DNA of 64,000 nucleotides, taken from NCBI GenBank assembly GCA_964252035.1, contig OZ176201.1; one strand, 5' to 3'. The translations under genes were made by a program, and so were the position numbers. Origin of the DNA: Podarcis erhardii. Taxonomy: Eukaryota. The notes under the pieces were generated by a model. It did no database searches. It was not told the origin of the DNA and worked only from the letters and a program-made list of their open reading frames with translations. Positions 38,401 to 51,800 of this stretch are shown piece after piece. Position 1 is the first letter of the stretch; each line of letters starts with the position of its first letter.

Positions 38401-41400
38401 AGCAAATTCTCAGGCCCCAAACCAAAAGCTTGTACAGCCCTTGTCAGTGCACTTTACCTTCCTAGTTCCTAGCTGCTCATCTCCTCATATGCTCCCCCAA
38501 AATATTGCTTCTTCTTCATGAAAAGATGCACAATGGACGAGGCAAGCTAGAATCCAGCATGGGATGGTCATAGTAGCAGGGATGGCTCAGAGGCCTGTGG
38601 TAAAACACTCTTTTACTTTTTTAAGCTTAACCAGAAGCATTTCTACTTATTTGGAGTAGTGTATAGTTGAACTACGGAAGCATAAATTTTGGTGACCAGT
38701 TCTCAGCTGACTTACTAAATATGCTGAATGCCTATTGATGCTTAAATCAACCTCAACCCTGCTCTGTCCCGTAGGACACGCAAAATGTGAAACAAGTTTT
38801 TTTGTCAGGTGCTTTCATTTCTTCTTTTTAGTTTTAGTTTTCTTTTTAGTTTTCTTTTTAGTTTTCCCCAAAGGGCCTCAATACTTGTCATCCTGAGTAA
38901 AGAAATTTACAGTGCTCATGGATGCTGTCTATGCCAAGATCTTCTACTTATACTGAGTCAACAGACAGACACAGTCCAACTCAGTTTATTTATTGGCAGT
39001 TTTTAACACCCACCATTGAAACTTAATCCTATGAATGAATGAATGAATGAATGAACCAGGATAAAAAAACAACAACATATAAATAAAATAGCAGTTAGGA
39101 TTTTTTTTTAAACTGATAAATGTTGGAGCAAATAAGGACAAAGAAACAAGCATAGGATAAAACATCTGAATAAAATACAAGATTAAACATGGATAATGGA
39201 TGGATAAAAACTGATAATTAAAGGGGTAAAGGGGACCCCTGACCATTAGGTCCAGTCGTGGCCGACTCTGGGGTTGCGGCGCTCATCTCACTTTATTGGC
39301 CAAGGGAGCTGGCATACAGCTTCCGGGTCATGTGGCCAGCATGACTAAGCTGCTTCTGGCGAACCGGAGCAGCACACGGAAACGCCGTTTACCTTCCCGC
39401 CGGAGCGGTACCTATTTAACTACTTGCACTTTGACATGCTTTCGAACTGCTAGGTTGGCAGGAGCAGGGACCGAACAACGGGTGTTCACCCCGTCACAGG
39501 GATTCAAACCGTCGACCTTCTGATCAGCAAGTCCTAGGCTCTGTGGTTTAAATAAGGACAAAGAAACACGCATAGGCTAAAACATCTGAATAAAATACAA
39601 GATTAAACACGGATAATGGATGGATAAAAACTGATAATTTAATCCTATTACGTTATATGGGCTTATTCTTAGGTAGGCGTACATAGACATCTAGGTAATT
39701 GATGTGTTTATCTTTCAGATTACGATAGGCTTTTTTTTTATTTTGTGCAGGAAGGAGAAACCTATAGCCTCCAGATGTTTCTGAGCTACAGATCCCATCA
39801 ACTAGCTTTGTTCAGGGGCGATGGGAGGTGTAATTCAGCAATATCTGGAGGTTCACCACACCTGCTTAAAAAGCACTTAGGTTTGTTTACAACTATTTAC
39901 CGAAAGTGAAATGTAAATATGGGTCCCTGATAAAGCACAGTGTTAACTATATCCATTCTTTATTTGCATTCCTGTAATTGCCGCTGAGGATTAAGTAGAC
40001 TTAAGGTGACAGCAGATCATCTATTAACTATGAAAATAATTCCAGTTACAGATAGGTAGCCGTGTTGGTCTGCCATAGTCAAAACAAAACAAATTCCTTC
40101 CAGTAGCACCTTAAAGACCAACTAAGTCAGTTCTTGGTATGAGCTTTCGTGTGCATGCACACTTCTTCAGGTATCTGAAGAAGTGTGCATGCACACGAAA
40201 GCTCATACCAAGAACTGACTTAGTTGGTCTTTAAGGTGCTACTGGAAGGAATTTGTTTTGTTATGAAAATAATGTTAGGGAAATGTAATGGATATAATAT
40301 CCCTATTTACGCTGGATTCATCTATTTCAAAAAAGAGAGCCTTCAATACAATCGAAACCTGGGCTATACAGTGGGTCATACAAAACTGCAGATTTGACAG
40401 CAGATATAACCAGCTATTGCAAGAAAATAGGAAATAAGGCAACAGCAACATATCATCTCCACGTAAAGACCCACCCAGTACCTTTAAAAAGAGGCATAAG
40501 GCAAGAAGTTAGCTTATCACCTAAACTACACTCACCTAAGCTATTTACATTCACCTTGGAAGGTGTATTAAAAGCTGGAGTGGTAAAAAAAAAAAAAGGA
40601 ATCTGTGTTAACAGAAGATATCTAAATTTTCTATGATATGCAGGTGTTGTAATAATGAAAAGTCGACAAGAGCTACAAGAAATGCTGGAATAACTGAACA
40701 AAGAATCAAATGAAAAATAAAAATATTTCTTTAGACTCAAAAGCTAAAGTGTTCAATACAGTGGTACCTCGGGTTAAGAACTTAATTCATTCTGGAGGTC
40801 CATTCTTAACCTGAAACTGTTCTTAACCTGAGGTACCACTTTAGCTAATGGGGCCTCCCGCTGCGGCCACACGATTTCTGTTCTCATCCTGAAGCAAAGT
40901 TCTTAACCTGAGGTACTATTTCTGGGTTAGCGGAGTCTGTAACCTGAAGTGTCTGTAACCTGAAGCGTCTATAACTCGAGGTACCACTGTATGTGCATAT
41001 TAGCTGTGATGTGTTATGAAGAAGTGGACACACAAAGAAACATGAATATTTAAAGAATAATGCAACATGCCATGGGACTCACAATAATAGGAATATCATT
41101 AAAAGATTGAAAAACTAATAATTGGGTACAAGAAAGACTGAAAGTTGTGGTTGTAATGGAAAAGGCTGTGAAGCTAAAGTGGGCAGGTCATGTGTCCAGG
41201 GACGATTCAGGCCAATGGAATAAAGCAGTGTTAGTATGGTGACTCTACAGTTTTAAAAGACCCCCTATGAATTTGCTGCCAAGGAGTGTGGTGGAGTCTC
41301 CTTCTTTGGAGGTCTTTAAGCAGAGGCTTGACAACCATATGTCAGGAGTGCTCTGATGGTGTTTCCTGCTTGGCAGGGGGTTGGACTCGATGGCCCTTGT

Positions 41401-44400
41401 GGTCTATTCCAACTCTATGATTCTATTCTATGATTCTATGTTCTCTAAGAAACCACAACTATTTATTTTAGGAATAATGACATCTGATATTAAAAACAAA
41501 ATAAGACTGCAGTTCATGTATGCAGTCACCACCGCCAGGAATCTAATAGCCAGAAATTGGAAAAGGGAAACACCACCACCAACCAATAGAATGGCAAGCT
41601 AAACTGGTAGAATATCTAATGTTAGCGAAAAAAATGGAACCAGTGAGAGGAGCCTCAGAAAAGGAGGTAGACAAGGAATGTAAAATGGTGAGAGAATATC
41701 TCCAAAGATACTGCAGTAGTAGAGGCTTTCTGACATTAGAAGAATGAGTAACAACATATGGTATTAATACAAAAAACAATAATGACAAAATTAAATAATG
41801 GATATAAGTAGGAAGACGATGTTTGGATCTAATGGTTACAGCAGGAAGAGTATTATGGACTTAATTAGAAGTATTCACATTTATTTTTATTTCTGTTTGT
41901 TCCACTGTATATAGGCATGTTAAATTATATGTAGGTCGCTACGATTGATTGAGCTGGAACATAGATTTGTGCAGTTTGTAAACTTAAATGCTACATTTTT
42001 CCTTTATGGGAAATCTTTTGCTATTTGTATTTTCTTTCTGGTTATTATTTTCTTTGTTTATAAACTCAATAAAGATTTTTTTTTAAAAAAAAAAAAAGAC
42101 CACCTATGTGATGGTTGGACCATCCAAAATTAACAGCAGAGCTTATGTGGTTGCAGGAAGCAAACAACAGAAAGTGATGGAGAGAACTTGAAGAGGGGTA
42201 TATCCAAAGATCAGTGGAGGTGAGGAACAGGTTTAAGGATCAAAATTCTACAAGGCAGGCTTAAGCAGTACAGTGGTGCCCCGCAAGACAAATGCCTCGC
42301 AAGACGAAAAACTCGCTAGACGAAAGAGTTTTCCGTTTTTTGAGTCGTTCCGCAAGATGAATTTCCCTATGGGCTTGCTTCGCAAGACAAAACGTCTTGC
42401 GAGTTCTTGTGAGTTTTTTTCCTTTTTTTTTTTAAAGCCGCTAATAGCCGCTAAGCCGCTAATAGCCACTAAGCCTCTAATAGCCGTGCTTTGCAAGACG
42501 AAAAAAACGCAAGACGAAGAGACTCACGGAACGGATTAATTTCGTCTTGCGAGGCGCCACTGTATGTGGACTGAGAACACCCAGAAGTGAGGACTTCCGG
42601 GTTAGCGCCATCGGCAATGGCGGTGTTCCTCTGACTGAGAGGAATCCGCTCCGTGGAATTTGGGTTGTGCCGCCGCGGCGAAGGCGGAGACCCTTTAAAA
42701 ATCCTAGGCGGAGGAAGCCTGGGAATGTGGGATTCGGCTGACACCAGGAGCCGCAGGGAAACCCCTTTTTTGGGGTTCCGAAGTGATGTGGGGTGAGCGG
42801 CGCGGTGTTTTGAATTGACCGCTATTTTTTACTGAGTGAAGACGCGTAGCCGTTGCCGGAGAGTGCTGACTTTTTCTTGTGGACAATTGGATTTCAAACA
42901 ACAACCTGTGAGTAGAACGGAAATTGGATTTTTAAAGTATTTTTAAATTGGCACCGATCGGGGAAGGTCTAAACAGGAAGTCCACCTCCCCTTTCTGTAA
43001 ATAAACTGAAGCAAAGAACTTGTTAACTAAGGTCATGGAGAGTCTTACCTAAAGGATTAAAACTCCACTGATTGAAACTACTATCAATACTCTTTTGGGA
43101 AGCAGGAAAGCTTGCAGGAGAAGGTTAAAATTTGGGAATTGAAGCACCACTTCCCTAAACCCGGGAGCAGTCTGCGAGAGCCCGTGGATGGTGAAGAAAT
43201 AAATTTGACAGCTAGCTGTCAAGATACAAAAGAAGGACTTTGTTGCTATTGTCAGTTTCTGTGTTTAAAAAGAAGGAAGGCAATTGGATCTGCTACAATT
43301 TTACGTTTGGGACTTTTGGAACTGTGCTAGAAGGAGTGTAAATGGAAACTGTGTCCCTCTAGAGGGAGTTTTGGGATAGTGTTGCAAGGTTCTAAAGATA
43401 AAGTCTCTGAGAAACTAGCTTTGACCTTGGACATTTCAAGGATGGCGGATGAGAAGGAAGTCGCGTCTGAACTGAATAGGACATTTTATCTGCTGGGAAA
43501 GCTGCAAGAACAGATAAACGTCATGGCTACTAATGTTGAAATTTTGGGAACAAAAGTGGGCATCAGCAAAGAAGTAGACAAGAACCCGGCACAGGAATCT
43601 CTTTTAATTGAACAAATTGAAGAATCAGAGAAGGAGAAAGTTGCTGCTGTTAAAGTGATGCAAGGGGGAGTCGTAACCCTACAGAGGCAAATGGTGGATT
43701 ACAACTTTAGGCCTTATACATTTGCAACTAGGAGAAGCCAGTTTTTGGAGATGAGAGCCTGGCTTGGTTTGGAAAATGAAAGATGGAGAGATCACCCTAT
43801 GTGGGGATTTTGGGATTTGAATCTGAGTCAGGTGGTGATTGGAGCCTCTGGGGCCTTTGGATTTGGTAGGAGTGTGAAACAAAATTTGGAATATTCTATG
43901 GGCCCTACCCTTAACTATGGAAGTCTGGCAGACTTGCTAAGAAGGAATATGACTGCCGTTGGGTTGGAGCTCCCCGAAATTTGTTTTTTAACACCAAAGA
44001 CTATCAAAAAGATCGGCAGAGGGGACATGAAAGAGAGTTAAGAGCCTCGGACTTAAGATCTCCGGGTTGATGGACTTTTGGAGAACTGTTGGCAGGGGCC
44101 GAGACCGGGGAGGGGAGATGGTGAAAGAAAAATTGGGAATTTAAAGTGTATATATTGTGATATTAAAAAAAAAAATCTTTTAATGAGAGATGGGGAAATC
44201 GTGGAATGGAATTTTTGTGACCCTAGGGGAAACGTCTTAAGAGAATAATTTCAGATATATAAGTTCTAAGGAGAAATAAGATTAGATAAAGTAAAAGTGG
44301 ATGGCTAATTGGCGAATGAGAGAATGGAAAATTACAGTATATTAAGATAAGTTATAAGGATAAAAATAAAGTTGAAGGATTTGCTGAAATATCTATTTGA

Positions 44401-45787
44401 ATTAGAATACAAAGAGGGGAGGTGTGAGGAGGTCAAGGAGATTAGTTAAGAAAGGGAGTTATATTAAGGTTTAACTTGTTCTTTTGTCTTTTTTGATTGT
44501 ATCTTTTATTCTTTTTAGCTGTTTTTGCTTTTTTATTTTTTTGCTTTTTTATTTTTTTTTCTTTCTTGGATATGTTTTGTTTTTGTATATTGTGTTCTTT
44601 TTTGTAACCTTTGAAAACTTTAATAAATATTATTTGGGGGGGGGGGGAGAGAACACCCAGAAGTGCAAGCTTGATTTCGAAGGGGCAGAGGAACCACCAG
44701 AGACCAAATTGCAAACATGTGCTGGATTATGGAGAAAGCTAGAGAGTTTCAGAAAAACATCTACTTTTGCTTCATTGACTATGCAAAAGCATTTGATTGT
44801 GTTGACCGCAGCAAACTATGGCAAGTTCTTAAAGAAATGAGAGTGCCAGATCACCTCATCTGTCTCCTGAGAAATGTCTATGTGGGACAAGAAGCTACAG
44901 TTAGAACTGGATATGGAACAACTGATTGGTTCAAAATTGGGAAAGGAGTACGACAAGGCTGTATATTGTCTCCCTGCTTATTTAAGTTATATGCAGAATT
45001 CATCATGCGAAAGCCTGGGCTGGATGAATCCGAAGACGGAATTAAGATTGCTGGAAGGAATATCAACAATCTCAGATATGCTGATGACACAACATTGATG
45101 GCAGAAAGTGAGGAGGAATTAAAGAACCTTTTAATGAGGGTGAAAGAGGAGAGTGCAAAATATGGTCTGAAGCTCAACATCAAAAAAACTAAGATCATCG
45201 CCACCGGGCCCATCACCTCCTGGCAAATAGAAGGGGAAGAAATGGAGGCAGTGAGAGATTTTACTTTCTTGGGTTTCATGATCACTGCAGATGGTGACAG
45301 CAGTCACGAGATTAAAAGACACCTGCTTCTTGGGAGAAAAGCAATGACATGGAAGTTAGAGCTGGACCATAAAGAAGGCTGCTCACTGAAGAATTGATGC
45401 TTTTGAATTATGGTGCTGGAGGAGACTCTTGAGAGGCCCATGGACTGCAAGAAGATCAAACCTCTCCATTCTTAAGGAAATCAGCCCTGAGTGCTCACTG
45501 GAAGGGCAGATCGTGAAACTGAGGCTCCAATACTTTGGCCACCTCATGAGAAGAGAAAACTCCCTGGAAAAGATCCTGATGTTGGGGAAGATTGAGGGCA
45601 CAAAGAGAAGGGAACGATGGAGGACAAGATGGTTGGACAATGTTCTCAAATCTACCAACATGACTGCGGGAGGCAGTGGAAGACAGGAGTGCCTGGCGTG
45701 CTCTGGTCCATGGGGTCATGAAGAGTCGGACATGACTAAACGACTAAACAACAACATATGCAAAGATGGATGTGAAATGCTATAGAA

Positions 45788-45829
<42 letters not shown>

Positions 45830-48800
45830 GGCAGTATCTTTATTTAGATGCCTGAAAAGTCTAATTCTTTCATTACCGCTGTGCTTCAGTTGTCCCTTGG
45901 GATTTGGATATTAACTTGCATATAAGGCAGGAGAAAATGCAGACTAATGTTGAAGAAAGAATGTGTGATTTGAGCACACAGAAAATTCAATTTTACACAA
46001 TGTTGAGGGAGAGACATTTGGTGTACAATGAAGGAGAAACAATACGCAAAGAACTGATCATACAGAAACATCAGAGCAGGGGGGAAAACCGTATGCATGT
46101 TTACTCAGAAGCAAGCCCGACTCTGGTAATTTTCTTCTGGGTAAGCAGGCATAGGACTGGGCATTGTTCACGTATCTTGATACAACAGAAGATGCAGAGC
46201 TAGGCAGAGCCAAAATGGGGAGAATATGACAAGCTGCAAATAGAAAATGCTGTGAATTCTCCAAGTGGTTCCTAAACACTTTATACAATAATTAATGAAA
46301 ATTGCAGTCAGTAAAACTGTCTTGCAGATATTGGGCATAGTTTGGGACAGAAGATGTTAACTAGTAGTGAGACTCCCATGTTTAGCCCATTCAGTGATTA
46401 TAAGTATAAAGTCATTGCAAATGAGCCCGTAAAGGACCAAGTCAGCTGCAGTTCTCCAAAAGCCAATGTTGCAAACATTGCCCAAGGAAATACATGGGTT
46501 GAACCCTCTTCTTTTCAGCCACTGGTTCTGGTTTTTTTTTTTAAAAAAATAATATTTTATTGGGTTTTCACAAGAAAAAAGTTAACAACAAAAGATATAC
46601 ACCAGAAAAATGCAAAAACCAAAAACTCAACACAGAAAAAGAAAAAAGAAGAAAAAGAAAAAAGAAAAAAAGAAAAATCCCTCTTTTCAATTTCTCACCA
46701 TTCTTTACCTACTTTCCTGACTTCCTCACACCTCCCTCCTTGTATTCCATTTAAAAATTTATTCAGCAAATTCATATATATATTATTACTTCATATTTTC
46801 AATTATGATCCAACCATTCTTAGAAATTCTTATCTTACCTTATTTCTCAAACCACTTCGTTTTTTACATTAATTTCATTAATTTTATCTTGCCCTCAAAT
46901 CGTTGAAATTTCAAAGTTTAACCCATATTTTAACTTCTAACCTTTCTGCTAAGGCCAATTTCTTTCTTTCCAACATCTTTTAATATTTCATTAGTAATAC
47001 ACTAATTCCATAAATGTAGTTTTATTACAAAAAGCGTTTCTCATTCTAAGTTTATCCAAAAGTCCCTTTTCCTGGTTCCGGGTAATGGCAGTCCTTATGC
47101 CTTTATCCCTCATCAGTCAGGTGTTCTAATATCTGAGGCTCTCAAGTCACTTCCAAGCCCCTTCTGCGGGTTTTCTTGTTCCTGTTTGTAGTTGCATAGA
47201 TCCTTATTCCCTGTTGGGTTCTTTCGCCTTTTCTTTTCTTCTCTTTCTCCTTGGGGGGCCAATCTCCGGGGAGTTCCATACAGTAATAATCTTCATTTTC
47301 TTTTATCCAGTTGTCCCATTCCCCGGTGTTGCACTCCCCAGTATTTAATTTGTAATCCAAAAAGTAGTTATTCCTAAAATGATCTTCCACTTGTTTCACA
47401 ATCCCGCCAGAGATAAAAAGTTTCTTGACTCCAAAATTTTCCCAGTGTCCTCCAAGTTCAGTCTCCCAGTGTTGCAACTTTTGATCATGTGGGACTTTAC
47501 ATCTCTGTATCTTTTGAGGTGCATTCACAACCACTTCCATCTTTCTCTGCCCTTGCAGTTGCTCTGTTAGGCCATTTTCCTGGGTAGATTGTTGTACAGT
47601 TTCTATAACTGCATTCCCCATTGGCACCTCTTTGCCAGCTGCAGCTGATATGTAGTCCATCTTTTGATTCATCAGAGACACTTTCTCGTCCAGCTGTAGC
47701 AGCACATCATATATTTTGCCCAGGGCAGATAAAACTTCCTCTAATCATTTCTGTCAAGGTCAGGGAGCTGGTCCCACGATCTAATTTTCCTAGTTACTAT
47801 GTTCTCATTATAAATTACTACAAACACACTGGCTGACTTCCTCTAGGGGGTGTTGTTACTTTCTGGCATCCATTTTTTAAAATGTATCCAACAAGAAGAA
47901 AATTACTTTCGATTTTCCGACATTTTGTTTCCTTTCAATATAAAACCAAACAGGCAGAAAGCAGCATTGGAATTAATTTTTTCCTTTCCAGTTCTATCTG
48001 TCAATCTTTCTATTTCAGTTCTCAAGTTGTAGGCTTCACCGACGATTTCTTTCCTGTCATTCCGTCCCCAGGTTAGGGACAGTGGAGACTCATTTTCTTA
48101 ACTCTCTCTCTGCAGGCTTAAAAAGTCCAATTCCCCCCCCCTTTCCTCCTGCTGTCTAGGGGGACTTGATGGTTAAAAGTGCAGGAAATTTCAGGCTGTC
48201 AATTTTCCGGGCACTTAGCTTGTAAAATCTTTGCTTTGATCTTTATACAAAGAATGGGAGGCGGACTTCCTGTTTGCACCTTCCCGTTTCGGGTCAAATT
48301 CAAAGCTATATTTTGATTTGAAAGTTTCAATTGTCCTACTCACGGGTTGTTGTTTAAAATCCGAATTGTCACAGGAAAAAGGACAGCGCTCTCCGACATC
48401 AGCTGTGCAGCTTCGCTCCGCAGAAGTAGCGATCGACTGTCAGCACTGCGCCAATCACACCCATCTCACTCCGGAGCTCCTTGCGGAGTTCCTTTGCAAA
48501 ACGGGGGCGCAAAAGGTGCCCGCCGAGTCCCACGGTTGCAGGCTTCACCCGCCTGCGGTTTTCGAAGGGGTCCCCGCTTCGCTGCAGCGGTAAGACCCGA
48601 TTTCTGCGGAGCTTCTCCCTCCAATTCAGAGGGAATCCGCCATTGTCGGTGGCGTCGCCTCTGGAAGTCCCTTTTCAGCCACTGGTTCTGGCTGTCCCTT
48701 TCATGAATCCCCCCCCCAAAAAAAGCTAAGCACTATTAGTCATATTGGTTAAGTGTCATGCCACAGAGCTGAAGCTCAGCTGTGAGGACATTACCATCCC

Positions 48801-51800
48801 AGAAATCTCATTCTCACAAGGTGCTGAAAATAGGGATGAGCTTGAAGCTCCTATGAAATGCAAGGAGGCACTTGGTTATGCTCCTAGGCTGAGAAACATC
48901 CAGGCCCCAGGCAATAATCAGTGGTAGTAGTATTATAAGCATTGTTTGCTTAGACACGACACTAGGTTTTTAGAAGATCAGCAACAACAAACTACTGCCT
49001 CTGGTTGAGAAGTGCTGAAACAAGTACTGGCTTATACCACAGAGCAGGCATTTCCAACTCCCAAGAGACTGTGATCTACTCCCAGTACAAAAAAACTGGC
49101 AGTGATCATTGGCATTGAGGGAGGGGGAGCTTGCGTGGGGTCGGTGGGTGGGTGAATTCCACAGAGTTGTTGAACTTTTTTGGGGGGGGGGGAGGACTGC
49201 ACAGAGTTTTTTGGCTTTCCCCCATAACTTTTTGTACACAGTCAGGATCCCGCAATCTACTAGGATCAGCCGGGGATCTATCAGTAGATCACTATCTACT
49301 GGTTGGACATCCCTGCCATAGAGGTTTTTCCTGACTTACCACAGGGACACCCTCATTCTCAGAACAAGTTCCAGCTGAACTGAGGTACTTGGTAACAATA
49401 AACTTAGAGTTCAAAGGGACCCAGAGGGTTGTTTAATCCAACCCTTCAATACAGGATTGATTGCTGCTTTAATTGATATGTTTATCTGTCAAATTAAGAT
49501 AGGTTTTTCTTTCATCAGTATCTTTAAAGGCATACATTTGTTTGCAGCTGTTTACAGAAAGGAAAATGCAAAGATGTGTGCCAGAGATAGCAGAGTGGTA
49601 AATATATCCCTTCTATATTTGCATCCCTGTGATTGCTGGTGAGGATTAAACAGGCTTGAGACAGTGCCTTTGTTTAGATTTATGAAACTTCTAATTCTTT
49701 CATTTCCTCTCTGCTTCAGTTGCCCATTGGGATGTAGATAACAACAGAACAGAAGGAAATGCAGACAATTCGTTTGACCAATATGGTTCTACATGTCTAT
49801 ACTTTTGAATAGCTGCTCTTTTTTGTATAAGTGAATATGGAAGGTCAATATCCAATCAAATGGCTCTGAACTAAAGCTCATACATCAGTCATAAGGATAA
49901 TCCCACTGCCCTGCAGATGAATAGATAGGATTGCTAATTTCTTTCTAGTCATTCATATTACTTACTCATTCCGACTAGGCATAAACATTGCCAGCAAGGT
50001 ACTCAAAAGGGCTGTTGAGATGCCTATAGCAACAAGTCGTTCATTTGAAGTTACCCAGCAGCTCCTAGTTTTTCTGCTGAAATAGACATCTCAGTAGCCC
50101 TTCTGTGTTTTGTGCAGTGCAATTTTGGGGAAGATAGCTGTGGAGTTGGAAGGTTCTCGTGGTGACTTTGCTGCCACTTATTTGGTTGATTCCCAGAGAT
50201 GCCCAAAGCCTATGCAGAAAGCTGCCCTGTCATCAACATGGCCACTTTACTGGGGAACTCCGCTCGCCCCTAACTGGTAAGGAACTTACCTGGTTCAATA
50301 GTTCTGCCTTATTAACTGTAGAGTTGGAATGTTTAGTCAGAATCTTCTTTCTTGTTATATGAATCCATTGGTTCAAGTCCTGCCCTCTGGAGCGGGAGTG
50401 GGGGGGGGAGAGAGCTTGCTTCATCTTTCATATGACAGCTGTTGAGATATTTGAAGACGGCTAGCATATCACCTCTCAGTCTCCTCTTTTCTAGGCTAAA
50501 CATACCCAGCTCCCTCAACTGTTCCCAATAAGGCTTAGTTTCCAGACCCCTAATCATCTTGGTTGCCCTCCTCTGCACACGTTCCAGCTTGTCAACATCC
50601 TTCTTAAATTGTGCCCAGAACTGGAGACAATACTCCAGGTGTGATCTGACCAAATCATAATAGAGCAGTACTCTTGACTTCCCTTGATCTGGACACCATA
50701 CTTGTGTTGATGCAGCCTAGAAGAGCATTAGCTTTTTTTGCTGCTGCATCACACTCTTGACTCATGTTACACTTGTGGTCTACTAAGACCCCTGGATCCT
50801 TTTCACATGTACTACTGGCAAGCCAGGTGTTCCTCATCTTATATTTGTGCAGCTGGTATTCCTGCCTAATTGCAGAACCTTATATTTGTCCCTACTGAAA
50901 TTCATTGTGTTAGTTTGAGCCCAGTTCTTCAATGTGTTATGGTCATACTGAATCCCAATTTTGCCTTTTGTGGCATTAGCTATCCCTCCCAGCTTGGTGT
51001 CACCTGTAAATTTGATGAGCATCCCCTCAATTCCTTCATCCAGATCTTTTATAAAGACATTGAACAACAGCGGACCTAGGACAGAACCCTGTGGCACCCC
51101 ACTGCTCACTTCTTTTTGGGATGATGAGGAACCATTAGTGAGCATTCTGGGTTCAGTAAGCCTGAGACCTGTGGGTATAGGGTGGTATATAAATCCATTA
51201 AATGAAATAAAAATCAACCCAACAGGGACTTCCGGGTTAGCGCCATCGCTTAATGGCGGATTCCCTCCGAGCTCCGGAGGGAATTGGCTCAGCAGGGGTT
51301 GGGTCATGGCGATGCGGGGACCCTAAAAAACCACAGGCGCGGAAGCCTGTGGACTTGGTGACTCGGCGGGACCATTTGCGCCCCCCCAACCTGCGAAGGA
51401 GCCTTTTTAAAGGCTACGGAACGGGGGACGGGGAGCGGCGTGGTGCTAAGAGTCCTCTGCTTCCCCTGCTGAGTGAAGCCGCATGCCATGGACGGAGAGC
51501 GCTGACTTTTTCCTGTGAACATTCAGATTAAAAGCAACAACCCGTGAGTAATACGCAAATTGGACTTAAAAGGGAAATTTTCTTTCTGAATCTGGCACGA
51601 TCGGGGAAGATGCAAAAAGGAAGTCCGTCTCCCCACCTTGTAAACAACTTAAAGCAAGGACTAAATAACTAAGGTCGAGAGAATATCTTCTTCTTTATTG
51701 AACAAAAGTTATTAATTTCACGATTGGACAGTACAAGTAATTTTGCTGGAGGATAAGAGTTGATTTTGAGAGCTGAAGTGTAACCCCCCGGGACCCGGGA

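Noticed and set aside
44878-45719. Antisense ORFs over the BovB element
   Set aside because: Shadow ORFs of the RT coding strand.
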